Shown piece by piece: positions 55,107 through 64,000 of a stretch of DNA of 64,000 nt. The DNA is from a virus. Below the pieces are notes generated by a model. It saw only the letters and a list, made by a program, of their open reading frames with translations, searched no databases and was not told the DNA's origin. Location of the stretch: IMG/VR virus record IMGVR_UViG_3300017971_007886, positions 28,967-92,966 of that record. One strand, given 5' to 3'. Position 1 is the first letter of the stretch. The number at the start of each line of letters is the position of its first letter. Position numbers and translations under genes: made by a program.

Positions 55107-55498
55107 TGCCCAGGAAGAAGCCCGTACAAATGAAGAAGAAGCCCACAGCGATCAAGAAGACGAGGGGTAAGAAGTCCCTGAAGGATGTAGACCCAGATGA
55201 TCACGTTGAGAAGCTGTCCACCGTGGATGCCCTCAACTTCGGGAAGCTCGATGCGGAGGTGCGGAACCACCTTCTCTCGCAGAAGAACATCGAGTACCAG
55301 ATCAATGAGATTCGGATGAACGCCCGAACTCAAATCGCTGCCCTTCAGGATCAGAAGACCCAATCCGAGATGGAGGTGAAGCGCATCTCGGTTGAGTACA
55401 ATGAGTTGGTACAACGGATCGCAGACCGGTTTGGTCTCGACCCGAAGCAAATGGCGGTAGACCCTGACAAAGGTACTGTGAGGGATCTCCGTAAGTAG
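55106..55498 (+). CDS. coiled-coil hypothetical protein
   Basis: GAGGAG RBS, TAATG coupling. Confidence 0.7.
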   Translation: MPRKKPVQMKKKPTAIKKTRGKKSLKDVDPDDHVEKLSTVDALNFGKLDAEVRNHLLSQKNIEYQINEIRMNARTQIAALQDQKTQSEMEVKRISVEYNELVQRIADRFGLDPKQMAVDPDKGTVRDLRK

Positions 55499-55555
55499 TT
55501 CAACCAAGCCTCTGGCCGGTGCATCGCCGCCGAGGCCAAGAAAGGAAGGAAGCAC

Positions 55556-57265
55556 ATGCCAGAGCGCAAACCAATGTTCATGGGTGATGAGGGTTTCCAC
55601 GAGGAAATGGCCATCACCGATTCCATGCAACTCGGTGGTCTCGCGATGGGCGGCAACATCGTCATGGCCACCCACAAGATCACGGGATTGGGAGCGGCCA
55701 CGGCTGACAACGATGCCCTTGCCTATGGCCAGGCGGGAGGTAACCTCGCCGGGTTGAGCATCGACACCAATCCCTTGACGATGGGGAGCCAGAAGATCAC
55801 TGGCCTCGCGGCTGGTCAAGATCCGGGCGATGCCGTCAACAAAGGACAGCTAGACGCAGCGGTCCAAGGGTTTACCTGGAAAGACCCGGTTGCTGTCCTC
55901 AAGATGGTCAACGACTCGGATGCTGGTGGTACTCCACCGACCGCTGGCCAAGTGGGCGAAGCCCGCGTGGTCAACAACTGGGGCGGCGGCTTCACCGATG
56001 GCGACATTGTGGAGTGGAGCGGGTCGGCCTGGGTTGTGATCGTCGATGAGGGTGGTGCAGGCGAGCCGCCTGACGGTACCCGTGTGGTCGTCAATGGCAC
56101 CCCCGGTGGTTCGTTCACCGGGTACGCTGGTCAGATTGGTCAGTACGATGCGACCGGGAACTCCTGGTCCTTCTATGATCCGGCTGACGGTGATGCCGTC
56201 CTCGTTGCGGGCGAGAACAGCCTGTACGAGAACAATGGCTACGTTTGGGATGATCCTGCGACCTCGTGGATTCAGTTCACGGGTGCCGGTCAGATCATTG
56301 CAGGCGACGGTCTCTCCAAGGATGGGAACACCCTGGATGTGAACGCTGGCGATGGTATCTCCATCGTCGGGGATCGCGTCACGGTGGACCTGGAGACCAC
56401 CAACCCCAGCTTGGCCTTGACCGGGACCACCCCGGACAAGACCCTCGACGTGAAGAAAGGCGACGGGCTCACCTCTGATGCCAACGGTCTCAAGGTGGAT
56501 CTCGAAGACGCTTCCCTTCGCCTCGTGGGAACGAGCCCTGATGCCCAACTCGGAGTCAATCCGGGCGACGGTATCAGCATCGACGCCACCTACGGTGTGC
56601 AGGTTGATCTCACCGCCACCAATCCGGGCCTGGAGTTGACGGGTACTTCTCCCAACAAGACCTTGCAGGCCAAGGTCGATGGTGCCCACGGTATCATTCG
56701 GGCAGCCAGTGGTTTGGAGATCGAGATCGACGACACTCCCGACACCTTGGACGTTGATGCTGACGGTCTCAAGGTTGTTGGTGTGCCGTTGAACTTCAAG
56801 GTCAACGACGTGGCTACCAGTGCCAACGTCACGGCGGCGAACCTCGACGAGCTGACGGGAGGAGGTAGTACCTCTCTCCACAGCCACGCGGGGTCTGATG
56901 CTGCTGAACGTGTGGAGCGTGCCCATGCCGTGGATGAAGCGGTCGCAGTTGCCGATCCTGTCTACATCTCCTCGGCCAACCGAATCGGAAAGGCCCTGGC
57001 GAACAACAATGCCAAGGCCCGCACCATCGGTGTGGCGCGTACTGCTCAGAGTACCGTTGGTCAGAACAGCGACATCGTGCATCACGGTCTCGCCATCGGA
57101 ATCCTGAGTGGGGCGACTCCGGGTACTCCGTACTACTTGCAAGCTGCCGGTGGTATCGGTACCTCGTTGCCCGGTGCCAGCAACCGTGTGATTCAGATGG
57201 GTGTTGCATATGACACCGATGACCTCTGGGTCCAAATCCATGACTATGGCAAGAAGGCTGCGTAG
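55556..57265 (+). CDS. fibre-like structural protein (head or collar fibre)
   Basis: KITGLA..DAVNKGQLD, WIQFTGAGQIIAGDGL, GDG repeats, C-terminal cement-like domain. Confidence 0.75.
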   Translation: MPERKPMFMGDEGFHEEMAITDSMQLGGLAMGGNIVMATHKITGLGAATADNDALAYGQAGGNLAGLSIDTNPLTMGSQKITGLAAGQDPGDAVNKGQLDAAVQGFTWKDPVAVLKMVNDSDAGGTPPTAGQVGEARVVNNWGGGFTDGDIVEWSGSAWVVIVDEGGAGEPPDGTRVVVNGTPGGSFTGYAGQIGQYDATGNSWSFYDPADGDAVLVAGENSLYENNGYVWDDPATSWIQFTGAGQIIAGDGLSKDGNTLDVNAGDGISIVGDRVTVDLETTNPSLALTGTTPDKTLDVKKGDGLTSDANGLKVDLEDASLRLVGTSPDAQLGVNPGDGISIDATYGVQVDLTATNPGLELTGTSPNKTLQAKVDGAHGIIRAASGLEIEIDDTPDTLDVDADGLKVVGVPLNFKVNDVATSANVTAANLDELTGGGSTSLHSHAGSDAAERVERAHAVDEAVAVADPVYISSANRIGKALANNNAKARTIGVARTAQSTVGQNSDIVHHGLAIGILSGATPGTPYYLQAAGGIGTSLPGASNRVIQMGVAYDTDDLWVQIHDYGKKAA

Positions 57266-57280
57266 TCTCTGAGGTGAAGG

Positions 57281-57802
57281 ATGGATCGGGTTCAGGTACT
57301 CAAGCGTGAAACGGCTGACCTAGGTGGTGATCCGTTTGACGAGCAGCCCTGGCCCGAGCCCATCCAGCCCCAGGAGGATGCCGTCGAGGTTGCTGGTGTC
57401 TATTTTCAGGATGCCAGCAATCGCGACGAGTCCACCCTCATCGACCGTAATGGCGATGACATGCAGTTCAAGGACGGGAACAATCCTACACCCGTCACGC
57501 TGACAGACCTCCTCGGGGCCGCTGGTGCCCATGAGACGATCAACTCTCTGGTCCACAATCTCTCAGAGACGATGTACCAGGAGATCACTCGCACGGGTGG
57601 GCGTGTCAGCGGGGTTGTGTGGTGGGCGAACAGCGGCAAGACGCTGAAGATACGAGAACTGAGTCTCACCCGTACTGCCGGGAAGGTCTCGTCTGTGGTG
57701 CTCACCCAGTACGACGACTCCGGTACCCTGATTCAAACGCTGACCGGTACTGTCAATCGAGTGGGCGGTCGGGTGGCCAACATTGAATGGGTGGAGACAT
57801 GA
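57281..57802 (+). CDS. hypothetical structural protein
   Basis: TRTGGRVS-type repeats. Confidence 0.7.
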   Translation: MDRVQVLKRETADLGGDPFDEQPWPEPIQPQEDAVEVAGVYFQDASNRDESTLIDRNGDDMQFKDGNNPTPVTLTDLLGAAGAHETINSLVHNLSETMYQEITRTGGRVSGVVWWANSGKTLKIRELSLTRTAGKVSSVVLTQYDDSGTLIQTLTGTVNRVGGRVANIEWVET

Positions 57803-58512
57803 GCGGCTTCGACATCATAGAAGGCGACGTTACCCTGTACGACGCCAATGGGAACCCCATCAAGTCAACGCAGGATGGTTCTGACTACCGCCTCGGGGTG
57901 GAGGGGAAGGTAGCCAAGGGGGCAAGCGACCTCGTTCATCTGGAAGCCCTAGACATAGCAGCCGGAAAGGGGCGATTGAAGGCGTCCCTATACACCCCAG
58001 AGGGTGAGGCTGTAGCCTTTCCGAGCGTTCCTGCCAGTGCTGCGGCGATTCGCAACGAGTTCGTGAAGAATGGGACAAGCCCCAACTTACTCGTCGATGG
58101 TAGTGCTACTCCCGTGGAGTTCGTCTACAACGCCCACGCGAGTCAGGACACTTCCCTCCAAGAGCTTCACTTCACCCTGGCGTCGAATAGTATCACATTT
58201 GGCTCGAACTACTTTGGCTCTACGTCTGGGCCACTGTCGAATGGGCTGTTGGTCGAGGTCACTTCCGGTGGTGTAACGGGTACTGTGGCCAACCTCGTGC
58301 AGAATGAGGACTTCGTGACGTTCTCCAGTCCTGGCGGGTTCCAGTGGGTGGTGTCCTCGAAAGACTTGTTGAGTAGCACGTACTTGATCGGTGGCGGCCT
58401 GGTTTTGAAGGGAGGCACATCCGACAAGGTGAAGATCACTGTTCGCGACGACATCGACTCAGCAGGCGTGTACCTCCGATGTTTCGTCAAGGGTAACCTG
58501 TTGGCCGCATAG
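57799..58512 (+). CDS. hypothetical structural protein
   Basis: VDGSATPVEF, LSNGLL; GGAG RBS. Confidence 0.7.
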   Translation: MSGFDIIEGDVTLYDANGNPIKSTQDGSDYRLGVEGKVAKGASDLVHLEALDIAAGKGRLKASLYTPEGEAVAFPSVPASAAAIRNEFVKNGTSPNLLVDGSATPVEFVYNAHASQDTSLQELHFTLASNSITFGSNYFGSTSGPLSNGLLVEVTSGGVTGTVANLVQNEDFVTFSSPGGFQWVVSSKDLLSSTYLIGGGLVLKGGTSDKVKITVRDDIDSAGVYLRCFVKGNLLAA

Positions 58513-58520
58513 GAGAGACC

Positions 58521-58934
58521 ATGCCAAGGAACACAAACGAAGAAGGCATCATGCGAGTGATGGTGGTCCCTGGGAAAGAGGACCGCAAGATGGTGGTGAC
58601 TGGCCGAAAGTTCAGTGCAGCTATCAACCAGGATACCCACGACGATGCCACCTTTGCGGAGACTCGGGAGATCCAAGGGGCATGGGTAGAGGTTGCGGAT
58701 CACGAGCCCGGTGACTACTTGGAGATGACTGTTCGTGGAGACCTCGGAGATGGTGAGGTCGAGCTTGGGAAACACGGGGAGACCATCTACATCCCGCCGA
58801 GCGGGAAGATTGAGCAAATCGTGTCAGAGGGTACCGTGTCGTTCCCTCCTGGCTTCAAACTGAGAATGACGTACCACGCGGTAGACGCGGGTACCCCCCG
58901 TACCGTGTACTGCTGGTACCGGATGCGGAAGTAA
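58521..58934 (+). CDS. hypothetical protein
   Basis: AGGAG RBS. Confidence 0.7.
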   Translation: MPRNTNEEGIMRVMVVPGKEDRKMVVTGRKFSAAINQDTHDDATFAETREIQGAWVEVADHEPGDYLEMTVRGDLGDGEVELGKHGETIYIPPSGKIEQIVSEGTVSFPPGFKLRMTYHAVDAGTPRTVYCWYRMRK

Positions 58935-58946
58935 GGAGAAGACCCA

Positions 58947-59516
58947 ATGGCAACCGTACTGAAGACCTACAACCTGACCGACATCTCTTCCGGCACCATC
59001 AAGCCCAGAAAGTTGGAAGCCGAGATTCGGGCTGCCGGATACGTCGAGAACTTCTGGGGGATGCCCTACGACGTGACTACCGGGAACATCGTCATCGAGG
59101 GCGACTCGCTTCTCAACGAGACGGCCTTGGACGCCTTGGTTGCGGCTCACGAAGAGGAGTCTCTGGCTGAGTATAAGGCCCTGAAGAACACTGCCATCGA
59201 CGAGCGCACTCGTGAACTGATCGAGGGCGGGTTCTCCTACAACAGCAAGACGTTCAGCCTGTCACAGGAGGCCCAGGCCAAGCTAACGGGCATCAACCAG
59301 ATTCGTACCGAGGGGGACACGTCCTACCCGATCAAGTGGAACACCATCGACGACCAGGACGTGGAATCGCTCTCCAATGCGGGTGAAGTTCTTCAGTTCT
59401 ACAAGGCTGCCGTTTCGGCCTACCGAGGCCACGTCGATAGTGGCACTTCCTTGAAGGACAGTGTGCGGGCCGCCACGACCAAGGCCGAGGTGGATGCTGT
59501 AACGGACGCGAGGTGA
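58947..59516 (+). CDS. DUF4376-like fibre assembly protein
   Basis: GGFSYNSKTF..SQ..Q, IKWNTIDD, LKDSVRAATT..EVDAV. Confidence 0.7.
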   Translation: MATVLKTYNLTDISSGTIKPRKLEAEIRAAGYVENFWGMPYDVTTGNIVIEGDSLLNETALDALVAAHEEESLAEYKALKNTAIDERTRELIEGGFSYNSKTFSLSQEAQAKLTGINQIRTEGDTSYPIKWNTIDDQDVESLSNAGEVLQFYKAAVSAYRGHVDSGTSLKDSVRAATTKAEVDAVTDAR

Positions 59517-59911
59517 TCATGTCACTGCGCGTCGCAAAGATCGTCACCATCTCCGTCATGGTAGTATCCGTGGCGGCCTGGATCTGTTGGGACATCGTTG
59601 TCGCATCCCTCGGATTGTACCCGGCCACAGAGAGCCAAATCCTGCTGGTATTCGGGTATCTCAACATCTCTGCTCCATCAGCCATCGGATTCGTCCTTGG
59701 CCACCTCTTTTGGCCTGCGCGGGGAAAGGTCAGTTATCGTACTCTCAGGATTGTCGTAGCAGCCACCTATGGTGTACTACTGATCGTAGCGAATGTTCTT
59801 GGCTACCTCCCCGAGGTTGTGCCGATACTCCCTCTGGTAGTCCACATTCCGTTAGGCCACTTGTTGTGGCCGCAGCCTGAAAGGCTGATTACCAGGGAGG
59901 AGCCGCGTTGA
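59513..59911 (+). CDS. multi-pass membrane protein
   Basis: About four TM segments with duplicated GHL(F/L)WP motif. Confidence 0.65.
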   Translation: MIMSLRVAKIVTISVMVVSVAAWICWDIVVASLGLYPATESQILLVFGYLNISAPSAIGFVLGHLFWPARGKVSYRTLRIVVAATYGVLLIVANVLGYLPEVVPILPLVVHIPLGHLLWPQPERLITREEPR

Positions 59912-60192
59912 TGAACGAAGGGGTAGAGTCTGCCGTCAAAACGGCCATCACCTTTGAACAGTTGGGCATCGTTGGCGTCCTGTTCCTGGTGATCGTCTGG
60001 CTGGGGTTTCTGTACTGGAAGGAGCGCCAGAAGACTGAGAAGCTGACTGAGCGTTTGTTTAGTGAGTTGGCCGAGAATAGCAAAGAGATGACCGCCGCGT
60101 TGATGGGTGTGGAGCAGACGGTCGGGGGATTCAAGACTACCTTGGAGTCCCTGAAAATGTACCTATGCAATCCGCCACGGAGGGAACCATGA
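59911..60192 (+). CDS. single-TM holin-like protein
   Basis: QLGIVGVLFLVIVWLGFLYW followed by coiled coil. Confidence 0.55.
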   Translation: MNEGVESAVKTAITFEQLGIVGVLFLVIVWLGFLYWKERQKTEKLTERLFSELAENSKEMTAALMGVEQTVGGFKTTLESLKMYLCNPPRREP

Positions 60193-60593
60193 ACCTACGC
60201 AGTGTGTTCTTTGGGGATCTGGCGGCACTTCGATCACCAGACCCGTCCAATGACCCTGACTCCTTTGGGAACATCGCGATTGAGCTAGGTATGATCACGA
60301 AGGAACAACTGGCGAAAGCCATTCGGATACAGGAGAAGAAGCTCCCTTTGGGGGAGATCCTGGTCGAGATCGGGGTACTCACGGAGACACAGCGCGAGGA
60401 GATCCTGATCGAGCAGGAACGGCGGAAGTTGGACAAGACCACGACCGGGCACAAGGCGGCCTTCGAGATGCGGAGACAGCGGGCCATGATGCGGCAAATG
60501 CGGAACGGCCTGTCGGAGATTCAGGAGCAGACCACACAGTTCGTCGCCACGTTGGCGGTAGCCCAGGAGCCAAAGAAGGAGCCGAGTAAGTGA
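60189..60593 (+). CDS. stand-alone MshEN-like (GspE/PilB N-terminal) domain protein
   Basis: SFGNIAIELGMITKEQLAKAIRIQ-EKKL-PLGEILVEIGVLTETQREEILIEQ tandem motif. Confidence 0.7.
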   Translation: MNLRSVFFGDLAALRSPDPSNDPDSFGNIAIELGMITKEQLAKAIRIQEKKLPLGEILVEIGVLTETQREEILIEQERRKLDKTTTGHKAAFEMRRQRAMMRQMRNGLSEIQEQTTQFVATLAVAQEPKKEPSK

Positions 60594-61597
60594 GCACTGG
60601 TGATACCAGGACTATTATCGTCAACGAGCAGTTTGTTGACACGTTCCCGGTCTTCGACTCGGACGGACACTCCAAGGTCTCTGGTCTCACTGCGGGCGAC
60701 TTTACGATCACGTTCAGGTTCAATGGGGCAGTCATCGCCGCCCCTTCGTATGTACTGGACGAACCCGACAGTGATGGCGAGTACCGCATCACAGTAGCGC
60801 CGGGGGAGTTCGACCAACTGGGCTTCTATCAGATCGAGGTTTTCATCACTCCGAACCTTCAGATTTGGGCGGTTGGCATCCAATCTATCGACAACCTGAT
60901 GGACGTGATACAGGGGTTATTCATGGGCAGTGAACAAGTGAACATCGACGTGGTGGACGGGGTACCCGCTCCTATCACAGACGTTATCGTACAGGTCTTC
61001 GATTCGAGCCTCAGTCGGCTCGTCCAGGGTGGTCGTACTGACCAGGCCCAGGGACGCCTAGCCACTACGCTCGACCCAGGAGACTACAAGGCCATCCTGT
61101 CGAAGAGTCTGACTAGCTTCTCGAATCCCTACGACATCACCGTAGCGGACAACGGAGGAGTCGGCTCTCAGACATTCACTTTGGTAGGTACTCCTCTCTC
61201 GATCCAACCACCGGCAAGCCCTGAGTTCTGCCGGGTCTACGGGTACCTCCAGAGCATGACGGGCCAATACTCGGACAAGTACAACATCCGTGTAGAGGCT
61301 GTCGGGGCGAACCGGAACTCCTATGTCGCCGGTACCGGTGCCATCGACTCTGAGCCACAAGGCGTGGCGCAGGACTCGAAGGTCATCCGTCCGAATCGGA
61401 CTACTGGCATTTGGGAGATCGATCTCGTGAGGAAAGCCATTGTGCGTATCCAAATCGAGGCGCAAGGTGTAGATAAAGTGTTTCGAGTACCGGACGAGAC
61501 CATGCGCAACTTCAAAGACATCGACACATTGGAGACGGCTCAGTTCATCGGAAGTGCCTTGGGAGCGTCGGCACCTTTTGAAGTACCGAAGTCGTAG
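60590..61597 (+). CDS. Ig-like/prealbumin-fold repeat structural protein
   Basis: GLTAGDF, V.VQVFD...GRTD..G...TLDPGDY, P..PEFCRVYG. Confidence 0.6.
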   Translation: MSTGDTRTIIVNEQFVDTFPVFDSDGHSKVSGLTAGDFTITFRFNGAVIAAPSYVLDEPDSDGEYRITVAPGEFDQLGFYQIEVFITPNLQIWAVGIQSIDNLMDVIQGLFMGSEQVNIDVVDGVPAPITDVIVQVFDSSLSRLVQGGRTDQAQGRLATTLDPGDYKAILSKSLTSFSNPYDITVADNGGVGSQTFTLVGTPLSIQPPASPEFCRVYGYLQSMTGQYSDKYNIRVEAVGANRNSYVAGTGAIDSEPQGVAQDSKVIRPNRTTGIWEIDLVRKAIVRIQIEAQGVDKVFRVPDETMRNFKDIDTLETAQFIGSALGASAPFEVPKS

Positions 61598-61611
61598 GTC
61601 AGGAATGGGGC

Positions 61612-61857
61612 ATGGAACACAAACTCATCAGCGTACCCGGCGAGTTCTTCGTCGGTACATGCTCAGACTGCGGACAACGGATCTGGTTGGAGAACCTGAT
61701 CGGGGATGTTCGCTGCCCACACTGCGGGTCCACAGAGGCGAAGTGGACGTGGGTACGTTTGCAACTCATGGGGGTGCCTGAGTACGAACCCAAGACTACC
61801 CAGGAGCACTACGACAGAGCGGCCAAGAAGGTACTCGGCAAGCCCACCTCAGAATGA
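61612..61857 (+). CDS. zinc-ribbon protein
   Basis: CSDCG ... CPHCGS. Confidence 0.7.
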   Translation: MEHKLISVPGEFFVGTCSDCGQRIWLENLIGDVRCPHCGSTEAKWTWVRLQLMGVPEYEPKTTQEHYDRAAKKVLGKPTSE

Positions 61858-61862
61858 CCGAT

Positions 61863-61891
61863 TTGACACGATCTTCGATCTCGACTATTTG
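61863..61891 (+). promoter_or_regulatory. possible promoter of replication module
   Basis: TTGACA-17 nt-TATTTG in intergenic gap. Confidence 0.4.
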
Positions 61892-61934
61892 ATCGTCTCC
61901 GGTCCAAAGATCCCTCTACAACCTGGAGAATGTT

Positions 61935-63338
61935 ATGCACGGTGCCCCCGAGCAACAGTCGGTGTCCGTCTTCACGGACTCGTGGACCTGGATACCGCTG
62001 ACTCATGTGAAAGATGTCGAGGCCCTGAAACTCGCGTTGACCGTTCCAAATGGAGCCTACTTCGCTTCAATGAACGCGGGCCTTCCGACGAACGTTGACT
62101 CAGAGTTCTTCTGCTACACCATCGAGGACGGATACATTGGTGTGCCGAGGAACTTCGCATACGAGAAGTTCTTGATCCACGAAGTGCCGGTCACGGTAGG
62201 CCCTGCTCGACAGATGAGTCCGTGGGATTCGTGGCCTCACAGAATCGAACTCCGAGACGGGCAAGCCCCTGCGGTCGATTCCCTCTTGGAGCCCGGCGAC
62301 AAGATTCTGTCGTTGGCTTGCGGTAAGGGTAAGAGCGTTGTGTCACTGTACGCCCTTTGCCAGCAACCAGAGATTCGGTTGCCCGCCCTCATTGTGGTCC
62401 ACACGAAGGTACTCATGGAGCAGTGGGTGAAGATGATTCGCACCCACCTTCGGATGGGCCTTGCCCGCGTTGGTCGGATTCAGGGCAAGACGGTGGACTA
62501 TCGAGGGCGGCCCTTCACTGTGGCGATGTTGCAAAGCCTCGTGAAGAAAGAGTACCCCGCCGACATGATGCACTACTTCAACACCATTGTCTTTGATGAG
62601 ATCCACCGACTCGGAGCGCCAGGGTTCTCCCAGGCAGCGCCGATGTTCACGGCCCAGCGATGGGGACTGTCGGCTACCCACTCTCGGAAGGATGGGAATG
62701 ACAAGGTGTTCAAGCTCCACTGCGGTAGGGTGGCCTACACAGACCTCACCCAAGAGCTGAAGCCGAAGGTGTACTTCATCCAGACCGAGATAGTGGTGAA
62801 CATGCGGGCACACCAGATGTGGAGAGACCGGACGAAGATCAACTTCGCCAAGCTCCTCAACACCTTGTCGTATGACGAGGAGCGAAACCGTCTCATCATG
62901 TACTACGTGAACAAGGCAATGGCCAAGGACAGAACAGTTCTGGTTCTCGGTGAGCGGGTAGAACAGCTCACGGCCTTGGCCGAGGAGTGCGGAGAGAAAG
63001 CAAGCCCACTCGTTGGTCCTATGAAGGCCGCCGAGAGGACTAAGGCACTCAAGAATCAGACCGTCTTCGCGACTGCGGCCTTGGCAAAGGAGGGACTTGA
63101 TCGACCGGCGTTCGATACACTGGTCATCATCATTCCCACCACCAACCCGGCGTGGCTGCAACAGGCGTTGGGTCGAATACTCAGGAAGTACGGAGACAAA
63201 CAGCAACCGAAGGTACTCATCTTCGAGGACGTGAATGTTCCTCCGATGCAGAAGCGGTGCGACAAGGTGCGTGTCTGGTTGCGTACACAGAAGATCAAAT
63301 CGAAGACCGTGAAAGGAGGCATTGATGGGAGAGATTGA
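61935..63338 (+). CDS. superfamily 2 DEAD/DEAH-box helicase (UvsW/Rad25-like)
   Basis: LRDGQ, LACGKGKS, FDEIH, GLSAT, KEGLD, QQALGRILR. Confidence 0.92.
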   Translation: MHGAPEQQSVSVFTDSWTWIPLTHVKDVEALKLALTVPNGAYFASMNAGLPTNVDSEFFCYTIEDGYIGVPRNFAYEKFLIHEVPVTVGPARQMSPWDSWPHRIELRDGQAPAVDSLLEPGDKILSLACGKGKSVVSLYALCQQPEIRLPALIVVHTKVLMEQWVKMIRTHLRMGLARVGRIQGKTVDYRGRPFTVAMLQSLVKKEYPADMMHYFNTIVFDEIHRLGAPGFSQAAPMFTAQRWGLSATHSRKDGNDKVFKLHCGRVAYTDLTQELKPKVYFIQTEIVVNMRAHQMWRDRTKINFAKLLNTLSYDEERNRLIMYYVNKAMAKDRTVLVLGERVEQLTALAEECGEKASPLVGPMKAAERTKALKNQTVFATAALAKEGLDRPAFDTLVIIIPTTNPAWLQQALGRILRKYGDKQQPKVLIFEDVNVPPMQKRCDKVRVWLRTQKIKSKTVKGGIDGRD

Positions 63339-63624
63339 TGGGGAACTCGAACATGGAATAGAGAGGTTCCGACGTGAGCTGGAAGATTGGTCGTACCACC
63401 TATCGAAGTACGGCCCAACCAACGCAACACCACTACACCTTGGTTCTCTGCGGTCCAAGGTGGACATCCTGACAGCAGACTTTGGTGAACTCGAAGTCTT
63501 GATGTGCAGTTGGATTGAGGAGATGAAGGCCAGAGAGAAAGACCTAGAAGAGCAAGAGAATGAACTCGAAGAGAGTGAAGACCTAGAAGAGGAGGAAGAC
63601 GATGCCGACGACGAGGCAGATTAA
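63325..63624 (+). CDS. acidic coiled-coil protein
   Basis: AAGGAGG RBS. Confidence 0.65.
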   Translation: MGEIDGELEHGIERFRRELEDWSYHLSKYGPTNATPLHLGSLRSKVDILTADFGELEVLMCSWIEEMKAREKDLEEQENELEESEDLEEEEDDADDEAD

Positions 63625-64000
63625 GGTAGGGGAGATTCATCTCCCTGTTTACAAGGACAAGCGGTGGGTCATGGCATACCGGCGGGGCCGGGTGTTTGAG
63701 ATCGATGGCCGTACCCTTGAGCTGTTCCCGGTACAGGTACTCGCGGAGACCATTGCCAGGACATCGCAGTCCATCATCAAGTGGGAGAAGTCGGGATTGT
63801 TTCCGGCACCCATGTTCAAGATCCCGGTAGTACCCAAGCGATCCAACCGCTGGTACTCGAAGATTCAAATTGCCAACATCCGGGCCGTTTACCAACAGTA
63901 CCCAAAGCGGCATGAGGTTAGGTCATTCCTGAAAGCGGTATGGCCGATCTTCTACCAGTTGGAGAAGACGCCCGAGGCAGAGAGAGGAAAGGTTCGATGA
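63602..64000 (+). CDS. MerR-like HTH DNA-binding protein
   Basis: LAETIARTSQSIIKWEKSGLFP.P...RWYSKIQI. Confidence 0.7.
   Translation: MPTTRQIKVGEIHLPVYKDKRWVMAYRRGRVFEIDGRTLELFPVQVLAETIARTSQSIIKWEKSGLFPAPMFKIPVVPKRSNRWYSKIQIANIRAVYQQYPKRHEVRSFLKAVWPIFYQLEKTPEAERGKVR

Noticed and set aside
50030-57241. Long minus-strand ORFs (e.g. 50030-51388, 55850-57241; likewise 5287-6363, 62343-63467)
   Set aside because: These are antisense shadows of GC3-biased + strand genes, with no motifs or RBS.
1-64000. CRISPR array, tRNA/rRNA genes, integrase or IS elements
   Set aside because: No regularly spaced 25-40 nt repeats, cloverleafs or recombinase/transposase motifs seen by eye. tRNAscan and CRISPR finders were not run.
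1-64000. Stop-codon reassignment
   Set aside because: Core genes are intact in the standard code, and TAA, TAG and TGA are all used as stops at tight gene junctions.

Overview
This window is about 64 kb of a large tailed dsDNA bacteriophage with a contractile tail (myovirus), and essentially all credible genes lie on the + strand. From 1 to ~13.5 kb are small accessory or early genes, including two large acidic proteins with HeH/Rho-N-like and Tudor-like domains and a TGT/DpdA-like transglycosylase fused to a Cys-rich C-terminal domain. From 13.5 to 18.1 kb a YkgJ-type Cys-cluster protein, a divergent QueC-like enzyme and two unannotated paralogous Lys/Gly-rich micropeptides precede the terminase large subunit, an HEXXH protein and a canonical QueC. 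The head module (18-28.7 kb) has a portal, scaffold, N4-gp56-type major capsid protein and many small basic proteins. The tail and baseplate module (28.7-52.3 kb) has sheath, tube, a chaperone with a -1 frameshift site, tape measure, hub, spike, wedge, baseplate J and two fibres. From 52.9 to 61.6 kb are lysis genes, further structural genes and a stand-alone MshEN-like protein, and the window ends with an SF2 helicase and an HTH protein. The best candidate for a new system is the YkgJ / divergent QueC / twin MARGKK...GGKGGK peptide cassette, read together with the 7-deazaguanine genes, the Tudor-like acidic proteins and an apparent excess of partly phased GTAC sites. All family assignments come from motif recognition by eye; no database searches were run.
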